Below, one piece after another: positions 1 through 13,461 of a stretch of DNA of 64,000 bases (positions are counted from its first letter, which is position 1; each line of letters opens with the position of its first letter). The stretch lies in the NCBI RefSeq assembly GCF_009914755.1, contig NC_060945.1, one strand, 5' to 3'. A program made the translations under genes and the position numbers. Source of the stretch: the human T2T-CHM13v2.0 reference genome, Homo sapiens. The notes below the pieces were generated by a model. It made no database searches. It had not been told where the DNA came from and was given only the letters and a program-made list of their open reading frames with translations.

Positions 1-2
1 AT

Positions 3-329
<327 letters not shown>

Positions 330-344
330 TTGATTCTGTTTTTA

Positions 345-440
345 ACTCCATTTTTTAGAGGAGGAAATTGAGGCACAGAGAGGTTAAATAACATGTCTAA
401 GGTCACACAGCAAGGGGTGGAGCGGAGTTAGCCCACTGGC
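345..440 (-). mobile_element. MIR core
   Basis: ccattttt..gaggaaattgaggcacagagaggttaaataac..gtctaaggtcacacagc. Confidence 0.85.
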
Positions 441-454
441 CTAGCTCTAGAGCC

Positions 455-1110
455 CACCCGGATAACCAGAACTTGGTGAGGCCTCCGGGCTCTTGCTTGG
501 TTTGGAGCCAGGTGCTTAGCGCCCCGAGCCCGGGGCCATTCACCCTGCAGGAGCTGCACGCGCCCCTGACCTCGGCTTTTCCCTGGCAGCAGAGGGGCTT
601 TGCGGGTCGGCCGGGTAGCCCTGAGCACAGCTCGCCACTTCCAGGTGGGCTGTTGGCGCTGGCTGGGGACACATCCCGATCTTTCAAATGCCCTTTACAG
701 AGCCTCATCAACGACCCGATTCATTCCCCTCTCCTGTCATTTGTCTCTGCCATCGAAAAATGCCTACCGAGAGCTGCTCTGCATTTCCGCCCTCTATTTT
801 GTGTTTTACTTTAAAATAATAATAAAAAAAAATGTTGGCTGCAGGACGCCATGACTTAGGTCAGCGAGTCAGCCGCTAGCTCTGCATTTCCAAAAAGCAG
901 ATCTTTTCACAACTCTCTTGCCCCAAGTGCCCTGGTGTGGTTTATTTTTTAAAATGCATGCCTGCGGAAGAGAAGACCCGGGGAATATTCGAAACCCCGA
1001 GCTTTTACAACATAAAGCGCATGGTGTGGCCGCGGCGGGTAATGGCGCTCTGGGAGCCCTGCCCAGGCGGCCTCTGCTCGCCCTCCTCCACTTCCAGCTC
1101 CGAGCTGGGT
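455..1110. promoter_or_regulatory. CpG-rich intronic segment in SIM2 intron 2 (island shore or enhancer-like)
   Basis: Many retained CpGs in non-repeat DNA, with an abrupt switch to AT-rich sequence after about 1330. Confidence 0.55.
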
Positions 1111-2718
1111 GTGTTGCAAGTTTCATACTCCTACATATTATAAGTGACACTAATATCAGGGACAACTAAGTGCTGGGGAACTTCAATGAAAACCTGGCTG
1201 GTAAAGTCAACACCCCCAGACTTCTCTGTGCTACATTTCTTTAATTAATTCCGGAGTGGTGTGTGGACGGGCGTCTTTGCAGTTATTATACACGTAAGTG
1301 AATTAGGCCATTTGAAGCTACGAAGTCATACCCAACATTTTCCATTAAGAATATTATTTTTTTAGCTACTGCTGGCAACTTTTAGAATTTAATTATGATA
1401 ATTTTCCTCTTTTCCTCATTATCCCAGATATGGCTGGTTGTGAGATACTTTTTCACTAAATGTGTCTTTTTAATGATTTTGGAATTAAGCAAGTATGCCA
1501 AATGCGCCAAGACATTTATAACTTTAGAAATTGCTGTATAGTATATATTTTTGGAACACCACAGGTTTAGTTGGGAAAATATTTTGCAGCTGAGTTAGAA
1601 ACTTGAAAGTTAGGCTTATAATCAAGATGCTGATTTTCAACCTTAGCATCGGGGAAGGTAATGATAGTTTAGTTGGCAAAGACTTTTTGCAGCAAACTGT
1701 ATTTGAGACAGCAGAATCCAAGGATATCTTTCAAGATTCACTTATACTACATTCTTTTTAGCCCCCTCTCTAGGGGTGGAGGGGGTGGCTTAGAAAAACC
1801 AAAGGTAATCTGGTTTCAATTACATGCTGTAAAAATAGAATTTGTGGCCAGAAATTAATTTGGAATATTTTTTATGGGGGCAACATTGTGGGTTGTATGA
1901 GTCTTTCACCAACTTTATTGCTTTTCTTTGGTTCTGGATCTAAAATATGAATGAGTAAATAAAATACAGTTTCCTTTTTCAAAAATAATTTAGTCTTTTT
2001 ATCCTTGACACATAAATATAATCATTACCTTTTTATTTGTCTTAATTACCTCTTATAGTTTTACTTTATTTTTGAGGGTTAGCCAACTTAGGAAAAATCA
2101 GAATTTCATTTGGGTAGTTTTCATTTTTCAGAAGTTGATACTTTTCCTCCTTGAATTTTGCAAAGGTTATTTGATCTCTTGCAAAATCTAAATAATTAAT
2201 TCTGTAGACATAGTCTGGTAAAATAACCAGGTATTTTGTTTTATTTTCTGGGCAGTGGTAGTGTTCGGAATTTATTATTCCAACGGTACTTAGAGGTAAC
2301 TAGAAAATTGTGGCAAATAAAGCATATGTCCTAGTGGTATAAATGACTGCCAATTATGACATAAAATGGTCTATATAGTGGTAGATTTTCCCCTAAGTAC
2401 CATAGAACTCCGGATTTGTACTAAGTGCTAAAATAACCCCAAACAATAAAGCTACTACGTTTAACCTGAGCTTGATAGGAATTCTCAAATGTTTTGCATG
2501 ATTTTTGTGATGTGGATGTATGATTGTTTCTAAAGTGCTTTAAAAGCATTTCAGAGCCTGGCCTGGGAACTAAACCCTGGGTGCTGTTTCCTACAGTCCT
2601 TTTTAAGACCCTGGGCTTCATTTTTGCATTTAGCAAGTATGTGTTGATGGTCATATTTGATGCATCCCTCCATCCCAGTGACTGTACCATTGTTAGATTT
2701 AACTCTAATGTAGAATGA

Positions 2719-2853
<135 letters not shown>

Positions 2854-4258
2854 TAATTTTATGTGCAACCAAAATATTAAACGAAGTGACAGCAGATTTT
2901 GACAGCCTCACCCAACTTGAAAATGAGTCTGTTTAAGTGTTTGCTTTTGTGTAAGAACATAACCCTAAATTGCAAAATCCTCTTCTCAGGACATCCTGCA
3001 GGGGTTTTCTTCTCCATATTACGTTTTACTTTTTTACTTTCTTTTTCCCTTGGGGTTTCATGACCAGTGTGTCTTCACCCCGTCAGCCTTGTTCCGAGAT
3101 TCTGCCAAAACCCGGACTATCTGCTTATGTAGTAATGCTAGATGCCCTGAAAAGAGCTCCACAAAGGGACATGTTTCAGTCCACACTTGCTGGTCTGCAC
3201 GTTACGGTATTATGAGTTGCTATAAAGCAAGAGGTAAGCTGATGTGGAACATGGATTTTATGCAGAATGTTCTTTGGGGAGAGAGAATGGGGAGGGGTAG
3301 ATTTATGAGTGTTCGCATGGAATTCGGGGTCATTTTTCCTGACTTTTTCCAGTTCAGTGGTCATTTCAGCAAAGCATTTTATATGCTTGTGATAGAAACT
3401 CATAAAACTCAGTTTACTACTGTTTTGAACAGCAAGGTTTCTTTAGAACATCTGAATATTACCAATTTTTCTGGAAAGATGGAATCATCTTCTTAAAAAA
3501 GTCCACCGTTTCCTTAGAGGAAAGAGGGGGACTCAGCTTTGTCTCTCCCTGGCAAGCCAAGGGTTTGATGGGGGATTTGGGGGCTCCCTGGGCCCATTGA
3601 ATGTCTGAAAGGGGATAGTGTAACTGATCATTCTCATTCACATGCCTGACTTAACAAATGCGGATCATGATTTTAAAAGTCACATTTTAAACTACATATA
3701 GGGACTAAATATTTCTTCACATTGTGTACTATCAGAGTGATTTTTCACCGTGACTGAAGACACACTAGAATTAATGATAGATACAGAGGATGGGTTCCAG
3801 AGAGGCCCATATTGAATTTGAATTACACCTGCCTCCTAATGTAGTTAAGCCAAAATAAAACATGCCGATTAATGTGGCTTCAGTTTGCTCATTGAAAAAC
3901 AAAATGACCACATTTGGCAAACTGCATCTGGTGTATTCCTTTTATTTTTCTGCCAATACTTTTTTTTATAAGCTTGCTATTTATTTACATCCTTCTCTTC
4001 TGATGTATGGATATCCTTATCCAGATCCACATGGGTTTATGTAACTCTGTGTTTCTCAGGCAAAACCCTTTAAAATGAATTACATATTAAAATGATATGG
4101 AAGTTTTTCTCTTCCTCTTCTCTGCTTTTATCAAACCAAGTCTCCCAAATACAGTTTACTAAGGCTTGGCACTTGTGCCTATGTGACTCATGGGATTAGT
4201 GTACTTGTAGAATGGGAACTACTGTTGGGAACAGGAAATTTACTATTTTCCATAATTA

Positions 4259-4337
4259 TTAGGTTGATGCAAAAGTAAATGCGGTCTTTCCATTACTTTT
4301 AATGGCAATGACCGCAATTACCTTTGCACCAACCTAC
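4259..4337. mobile_element. MADE1 (Hsmar1-derived MITE), full length
   Basis: TTAGGTTGATGCAAAAGTAA...TTACCTTTGCACCAACCTA terminal inverted repeats around a short spacer, about 80 bp. Confidence 0.92.
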
Positions 4338-7300
4338 TATTATTATTCTCTGAATTTTTATCTTGCCCTATTTAGAATCATGCAGGGCCCTTAAGTTGTA
4401 CCCAGACTAGTTTCTACTTCTGACTTGGCCCAATTACTTACCTTTTTTAGTCATTTAGAAAACCTTTCATAGTCTTACAGTAATGTCACAAACACAACAA
4501 AACATTTCACACACTTTTAAAGATGACTGATCAAAAATCTTTTAAAATAGGTAAAGTCACTGTTATCAAATATTAAATTTAGATCTGAGCTCCCTAGCAG
4601 TCAAAGCAAAAAGGGAAATGTATTCAGTTATAGAGTTTTTATTGTCTGATAGGGCAGGTTCTTTAACCTACTTGAACCATGTAACTTAAATAGTAAAATC
4701 ATGCCTGCTCTATCTGTCTTTAAGGATCGTGGTGAGAAAGGGATCAAAATGCCTATTTCATGTGATTTACAAACTACAGGGGGCAACACAAAATCCAGGC
4801 ATACCCACAGTTTCATTTGAGCAAACTTGCTTTCAGTAGAGTCCTTTGGGGGCTCCTATTAGGGCTGCTTGGTCATTTGGAATGTCCTGGCCCATCAGGA
4901 GGTACTGTGCACATCCCAAGAGATCCGGTGCATTCAGTCAGGCCGTCCAAGTTAGCCTCTCTGTGTTATTTTTCTCTTTTTATGTGGAAAATAGAATTGA
5001 TTGATTATAAACACAATAATTAAGAAGGACCAAAATATTGGATAGGTGACAAATCTGCCTCCGGTTCATGATCGGCTCCACGGAAGGAAATCCAGGCAGC
5101 CTCACAAGTTGAAGTACTCTATTTCCTCATGATCATAATGCAGCAGGAAAACTTTGCATCATAATTTTGAGAGAGGAGAGGGGTTAGGCACTACCATTTT
5201 CTAAGAAAGTTGTAGAGATACATACATTGTCTCTTTCTCTCCAGTAGAAGTGATAGTTTCTAAAAAGATAAGTCAAACTGATCATTTGCATAGAGCAACT
5301 GATTTTTTCTGATTTCTCTGCGGGGCTGTGTTAGCATCAGTTCACAGCTACAAAAACACTTTAGTGCCAAGTGCCCTCTTTGTCGGTGTCTAGGGAGCGT
5401 TCCACGGTGAACTGTTTAAATAAGCAACAACTTTTCTCTCAAATCTTCCCCCTGTTCATGATTAACTCCATAGAAGGAAATCTAGGCAGAATCACAATGT
5501 GTATTTTTTTCTGTCTTCTTTACTTAAATAGTAAAATAAAGTATTGAATAGGATGTCAAGTACCCAACTGGTCTTTTAAACATTTTTGCACCTTTTAGAT
5601 TATTTTTTAAAAGTCAGGCAAATGTATCAAGCATGAGACCTTTATTAAAATGGGCTTAAACATTTTTTTTAAGTCATGAGAGATAAAAGTGTTAATAAAA
5701 TTTTACCCAGTAGTCAGAGTAACCTTTTAAAAAGAATTTCTGATGAATAACGATAGTAGTAATAGCTGATACATGCTGCTCTTTTGTGTTCCAAAAACTT
5801 TCAATTACCTTCAATGACATTATCTTATTAAGTAAAGATGTCTTTCATGTTGATTCAGTGTTAAACTTTATGTTAAAAGATCATAGAGAATGTAAGCCCC
5901 TAGATCTGCTATAATTGTGTGGAAATTCACTACAAAGTGATTTTTTGTTTTGTTTTGTTTTTGGTCTAACCTCTACTAAATGACTATCCAAATTCTTTAT
6001 TTGAGGGTATGGAAATGATTCTTTATGGGTTATAAGCCCATCCCCATTCCAAGTCTTTTATTAAGCCTTATTTGAACAAGTGTTGAAATAAATCTGCTTC
6101 GTATGGCAGAGCTAAAATTTTAGTTTTTTTTTTGTTTACACTAGTAAACAAGTGATTGTTGCTGCCAAACTTTGGTACTAAAACAATGACAGAGACAACC
6201 ATAAAATGCCAGTTGTCTCCTCAGCCCAGGGTCCAAGTGTTAGGCAGTAGAGAGGCAGGCTTTCAGCCTGAAAACTCCCGTTGGTGGGCACACTCGCACA
6301 CGTGTCCACACACAAAGCATCTAGACAAGTTTCTATCTACGTGGATGAGGTAGAGTTGGGGCAGCAATGTTTTTCCATGCGTGTTTACTAAATGATTTAG
6401 TTCCATGTGCTGTTTTGGTTAATGCAATTATTTTACTTTTATTTAGGGAGGAGGAAGAAAAATCCCCATGTAAAAATGTAGCTGCTGTATACATTTTTAA
6501 GTATCCTTGGGTTAAGTTTCCTCACCAACATTTCACACAGTTATATAGCATCTAGGTAACTAGTATACATGTTCAAATAAATATACGTATGTAAGAAATA
6601 GCTATTTATGAGAACATAAAAGAATGTCTTATTTGAGATTGTGGCCAGAAACAACCATAAACATATCGATGATGTTGTTTGGAGGTACAAGACCTAATCC
6701 TTTCACTTTTGAAATAAAGACAAAAGACAACATAATTATGTTTGTTGACATAACTTGAACCCTGAAACCCAAACCATCTTGTTTTAAAATCCTTAATTTA
6801 CCATACTCAGCAAAACACCCCAGAGTAACGTGCATTTTCAGAGTGCCAAGCAACTCTCCCCTTCCACACAGAATATATGCATTTAGTGCTGTATTTATCA
6901 TGTGTAGGTTTCTTGGCAAGAAGAAAAGCTATTCAGCAAAACATAAAAAAGCTCTTAGTAGGAAAGCTATCCATTTTGTAGTTAGCAGGGTTTTGCAAAT
7001 ACTAAAATATCACATGGAAGGTCTGTTTTAATAAGGCTGATGCATGAGACCCAGGGAGTTTTATAGCGACAACCATAATTTTTTTTTTTTTGTGAGGTAG
7101 TCACATTTCTCTCAGTGTTCAAAAGCGTGGATAGATACGTAAATACAGGAAACACCATGTCAACCATAATTTTGACTTAAGGTCAGGACTGTTTTATCAT
7201 TCCAAAATTTGTTCTGTAAAGACATTTCCGTTATTTGAAGGCTGTTTCACTTCCTAGACAGCTCTGGAGTTTTCCCGTTCGTTTTGTCACAGACTCGAGC

Positions 7301-7617
7301 CTTCAGAAAACCAAGCCTTTCATCTGTGCAACCTCACCCTTCTCATTCTTCAAAAGCATGTGTTGAGAACGGGAACTCTGAAAACATAAGAACCTACTCT
7401 GGGATTAAAACGCAAATCTAACCCTTAATAAGCACAGATGGAAGGTCTTTCTGCAAGGAGGTAAAGTTGTTTCCCGAAAACACATCAGTTACTTTTTTCC
7501 AGAAAAGAACTTCGAGCAAACCAGAATTATTCTTTTTCCCTGAAAACATGGGGAAGGGAGAAACGATAGGCCAATATAACATTTCTCTATTTTGTTATTT
7601 TTTCATTTTTAAAATAA

Positions 7618-7929
<312 letters not shown>

Positions 7930-10037
7930 TCAATATATATTTTCTTAAGCCAACTCTCTTAGTTTTTAGCTTCTGCCACTCCGCACCTGGACAGGCCTTC
8001 CCAGGGCATAGTCATTGCCACCCTGAGGAAAAAAGGAAATGGTCCTGTCCCAAATGGCTGGCTTACCTGTTGCCAGCTTATTTAAACTTTTTAAGGATTA
8101 ACAGGAATGACTCGAAAGAAGAATATTTAGTTTTATTATTTTTCTTAAATGAAATCCTGTAATAAACTTTTCAGGGAGGCGAATGTCCGTCTGGGAGATC
8201 TGTTGAGAAAGTGCCAGGCTTGGGAAGTGGGTGTTAAGTAGAGGGTAGGGAGGATTCCTCTAATAGGATTCTCTCTGTTGCTCTGTTTGCATAATATTGG
8301 AAGGAAACATTCCATGAATAATGTAAAACATAGAACTGTGAGAGCCGTTTTAGGGACAAGATGACTTAGCAGGCCAGAAGTGTAACTTATTCTGAATAAG
8401 AAAGCAACTCGCTCTTCTTAACAAATTGGAAGAACTGGCTCAGAGGAGTGCGATAAATCACTTCACCCCTCCACGACCCCTTGGTCCCAAGTAAAAGCTG
8501 ATGGCCTAGATGCTAATCTGGAACTGCAACTCCCAGAACTTCTCCATTAAGCAGCTGGCTGGGTTGTCCTGTTGCGTGAGGTGGCACCGTCAGGATGGCC
8601 ACTTTGCAGATAATCATGTTGTCTCTCCTCTGATGGAGAGCCACAGGCTCCCAGCGACACCTGCAGCAAGACACACCTAAAAATAACAAGGGGGTGGCTC
8701 GGGACAAGACACACCATGAGCCTCCTTTTGTTATCTTGAGTTACCCTCTCTCCTTCCGGCAGGGTCAAGAAGGAATTCTCCAGACCTACCCAAGATCCTT
8801 CGCCACCCAAGGACGGTTTCCCACATGCTTTGAGTTTCTTCTCAGGCTGGGCACTGGGACTCCCCTTGGTGGTGGAGGAAGTCCTACCACTGCCCCTGGG
8901 CCTCCCCTGAACAATGCTGGGGTACACCGACTCACTGTCCTTGTCTGCCACCCTCAGCACTATTGATTATAGCTCTAAAAATAGGATCCACCCACCACTG
9001 CTCAGAAGGCTGCTCTGCTAGTCATTTCTAGAACATTCTGTGCCACTGTCCATCTTAAGGTGGGTGGGGGCCCAGGTGTTGAGACTCTATCATATCCTCT
9101 CCTGGTGCTTATGTTTGAGAGAACATTCGAAAGATTCTCAAGTTCGGGAATTTGGGCCTCCAGGGACCTCTGTGTAAAAATTGTAACTATGATGGGTATT
9201 TTCCTGGGGCCATCCATTCCTGCAAAGTGACATGGATGTGCTGTCCTCTGTGGGCTGTGTCTGGAAATAGGTAGCGTCGGACTGTTGAGGCAGCAACCCC
9301 AGGACATAATCCCCATATAACGTGGCTCTCTGGAGCAGGCCCAGACCCTCCCGCAGGGCACGCACAGCCCCAGCCACACCCCTGGGCGGGAGCCACAGAA
9401 TTAGCACAGTCATCTCGGACTGGGAGGGCCAGAGACTCATTGCTGGCAATGTGAGAGAGGCCTGGCAGCGCCTGAGGGGCACAGCTCAGAGTCGACGAAG
9501 AAAGGGCCTTTGTCTGAGTTCATGTCCTCCTCGGGCGCAGTGGCGCCCCTGCCGTGGACGGCTGGTCGGCCTCGGAGTGGACAACACTTCCACAGGGAGC
9601 ACTATGTGGACAGGACAGCTGGCCTTCTGGCCACCCAGTCCCCTCAGATCGCCAGCAAGGGAAGGACAGAGACCCTGGCCTGGGTCTGTTTCAAGCCCTC
9701 TTCTGTATGAAGGATGCTGCCCAGGCCAGCAGCGCCGCCCACCTCTGGTGCCCACCTTTTCCACCCTTTGCTTTCTGGTCCTTCCTGCTAAGGGTTCTCT
9801 TGGCTGCAAGCTCAAGCCTCAGTGCCATGGCCTTTTTAGACAGTGTGGGAGACAGTTCAGAGCTCTGAGCTCTGTTGAGAAAAGAAAACTGTTTCTGCGT
9901 TTGGCAAAGGTGTGGGTTGTCAGCAGAGATCAAAGTTCTGTTCCTGGCAGGGTGCGCACCTGTGACACACCTTGCCCCTCCCCCTGCGCCAATCCCAGAG
10001 AGGCGGTGGCATTTCTGACCCTTCCCTTCCACGGCAG

Positions 10038-10146
10038 GTGGAGCTCACGGGCAACAGTATTTATGAATACATCCATCCTTCTGACCACGATGAGATGACC
10101 GCTGTCCTCACGGCCCACCAGCCGCTGCACCACCACCTGCTCCAAG
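10038..10146 (+). CDS. SIM2: SIM2 exon 4, [36 protein letters not shown](E)
   Basis: acggcag acceptor, 109 nt, AAG|gtattc donor; in frame with exon 3. Confidence 0.97.
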
Positions 10147-10464
10147 GTATTCCATCCAGAGGGAAAAAAAAAAACAGACTAAAAGCAAGGCGACATTCTT
10201 AAATGGAACTCAGGGCTTTGCTTCCCACATCTGCCAAGTGGCTGGGCATGACTAGGACTGCCCAGCCCAGGTCTCTCCAATACACACACAGCACCCACCA
10301 CGTGGGGATTTGCATTGATACCTGTGTCTTTTAAGCCAATATTCATCAAGCTCCTATTGTTGGCCAGAACCCGTGTTGAGTGCTAGGTAGAGGACAAAAG
10401 TGGTGCAAGCCTGCTCCCCTCGTGCTCTTGGGTCAGAATTCCAGGGATTACAGCATCACGGGTC

Positions 10465-10955
10465 TAGACCAAGCTTCTCCTTAACCAAGATGCCGTGCCT
10501 AAAACTCGGGGGTCGGGGGTGGTCCATGACATTTCATGGGGAAAATTACATATGTGTTTCCTCCAGTTGAAATTTGGCATTTCCTTTGCTTCTGATGATA
10601 GATGATAAACCATCTCGGGGTCCCTAGTACCTGTGGCTTTGCCAACAATAGAAATCACAGATGTTTTCCATATCATAGGAAAGTTTTGCAGGTTTAAACA
10701 TATCGCTTATGCCCACATGCCTACTTCAAAATTTCAGGAGTTCTAAGACCTGCTACTGAATCTTCTTATTTATGTATTAATAAAGCAGCACATTTATATC
10801 CGTATCACTGTGTTGAAATATTTTGATAATTATTTTCCAATACAGTTGCTTTTTTGGTAATCTTATATATTTTATTTTATGTATTTAAAAATGTTACTCC
10901 AAGTAGGGATCTGTAGGTTTTGTGCTGTGGCACAAATCATTAAGAAGCCCTGGTC
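10465..10955. mobile_element. Old hAT-Charlie relic (MER113-like), fragmented
   Basis: 3' part tattttattttatgtatttaaaaa...ggcacaaa...ttaagaagccctg resembles the remembered consensus end. Confidence 0.45.
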
Positions 10956-11648
10956 ATTACACAAATGACTCCTTAAATTTCAATTGCGATGAGTGCTAGG
11001 AAGATACAGAAGGACTTATTCCAGGGGCCCTGGCCTTTTAACTCCCTCCAACCATCCAGTGAGGCCAACAGGCCTCTTGACAAATGGGTCTTGTGTGTGC
11101 TTTGGACTATGGCACCCAGCTTGGCCAGAATACCCCAGTGGAACAAAATGCAAAAGAAGAGGCTTTAAGGGTGATGAGAATGGGGTAGCTGGCTGCAGGA
11201 AAAACATGAGTTGCATTCTTATTGCTGTCTTCTGGGGGTTGGTGGGGAGAGGTCATTCTCGGGCTGGGAAGAGAGAATACAAAATAGCACACACAGTTGT
11301 AAAATCCCTTGCAGACAGTTCTGTGGCCCGCAAGTTCCAGCTCCAGAAATAGTCACTGGAGTCTAATTATTCCTTACCAAGGAGAGAGCCTGGCATGTTG
11401 GTTTCTGAAATGAGATGGGGCACCTAGTTGTAGCTAAGGTCTGATTCTTGGATATGATATGTCTGCAGACATCAACATGAATCATGGCTCTGAAGAGGTA
11501 ATTTCTAAAAAATGAGGGCTAGGCTAGAACATCGCACCTGAATCGAATTCTTTCACTGTGGGGTTGTTTAAAGCTGGACAAAGACAACAGGTGTCAGAGA
11601 ATTGCAGAACATAGTGCTGTTACTGTTTTTGAAAATTGCACAGTACGG

Positions 11649-11952
11649 TTTTTTGTTTTGTTTTGTTTTTTGGAGTTGGAGTTTCATTCTTGTTACCCAG
11701 GCAAGGAGTGCAGTGGTGTGATCTCGGCTCACTGCAACCTCCACCACCTGGGTTCAAGCGATTCTCCTGCCTCAGCCCTCCCAAGTAGCTGGGATTACAG
11801 GTGCCTGCCACCACGCCTGGCTAATTTTTTTGTATTTTTATTAGAGACAGGGTTTTGCCATGCTGGTCAGACTGGTCTCGAACCTCAGGCGATCTGCCCA
11901 CCTCAGCCTCCCAAAGTGCTGGGATTACAGGCGTGAGCCACCGTGCCTGGCC
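11649..11952 (-). mobile_element. Alu (S-type)
   Basis: Antisense Alu; flanking duplication tgaaaattgcacagta. Confidence 0.95.
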
Positions 11953-13206
11953 TGAAAATTGCACAGTATGTTAACTGTATGGGACTGGGCTTTCTCCCCC
12001 TACCCCCGGTTTCATTTTACCCTGCCTGGGTCATAACCTCCCAAAGAGGGATTATAAATGAGAGCAAATGAGTCTTGGGAATATCATGAGACCCTTTCAT
12101 GCCCTGTTTCTGTAGCCTTTGAGTCTGAAGCAACAAGGGCTGGAAGCATTGAGGCCGCACCTGACTCATTTCCACAGCCGGCCAAGGGGTGCAGGGGTTG
12201 AGATTCCCAAGTGCTCGATTTTCTCCCCAGCTGCTCCATTTTCTCCCCAGCTGCTCCCTTGCTGACTTTCCGTGTCTGAAATGACCCCCGTTGTTTTATG
12301 ATAAACCTGTGAGAAATGGGCTCTCCCCAGAACTTGGTAATTGATGACCAGTTGATGTATTTTTAGACCTGAGCTTCCACCCACCGTGCTTGTCTGGAAA
12401 TGGCTGGGGCAGGCAGCCATGTTAGAGGGAAGCTTTTTGCCCAAAGACACCATCTGCAGGGGGAATTGTGGGTAAAATATGGCAGCCTCTCCAACTGGGG
12501 CAGGGGGTGCCCTCTGAGGTGATTCCTGAGCTTCCACAGGGCAGTGACCTCAGGGAGGGTGGAAGACTTTGCTTCCATTCCTAGTGGTAACCTTCCTTTA
12601 AAAATTCATGTATTAACCTCCACCAAAGGGCTGTTTATTTAGAGTGGAGTGACCTCGCCCTCCCTTAGAGGTCCTTCTCTATTTGTGTCTTAGAGTGCTG
12701 GTGTCCCTTCCTGAAACAGAGGGTGTTTCCTTAGGGGACACATTTGCATTGACAATAGTGAGGTCAGAGATTTGCGTGGGAGGCCTGCAAAAGCAAAGTG
12801 AGTGAGTGGGAAGGGCAGAGCCCTGGAGAGACAGAGACGGGGTGGTCCTTCTGGGGCTAGAAATGAGGGTGAAAGCATGGATCTGCCAAGCCTTGGGTCA
12901 CACACACTCAAGTCCTGCTACCCTGAGGGAGGTCAGAGGCTTCTGGGCCTTCCTGGAGCCCACGGCCCCCAGGAGCGGGCGACGGCAGGTGGAGCTCTGC
13001 AGGGCCCATCAGGGGCCTCAGGGGTGGCCTCGTTTGGCTGCCTTCCTTTAGAGCCAAGGAAGCCACACCAGGACTGGGCTGGTGTCTCCACTGCCCCACC
13101 CAGATCTCAGCCAAGGCCGAAGATCTCTGAGCAGGGTCTGGGCACACTGAGAAGGCCTCTGGGTGCTGCATCTGGCCCTGGGAACACATTGGTGCGGTTG
13201 GAATAA

Positions 13207-13461
<255 letters not shown>

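Noticed and set aside
9322-10098. 258-aa ORF ending inside SIM2 exon 4
   Set aside because: Non-ATG start, GC-rich intron, out of frame with SIM2, no recognisable protein features.
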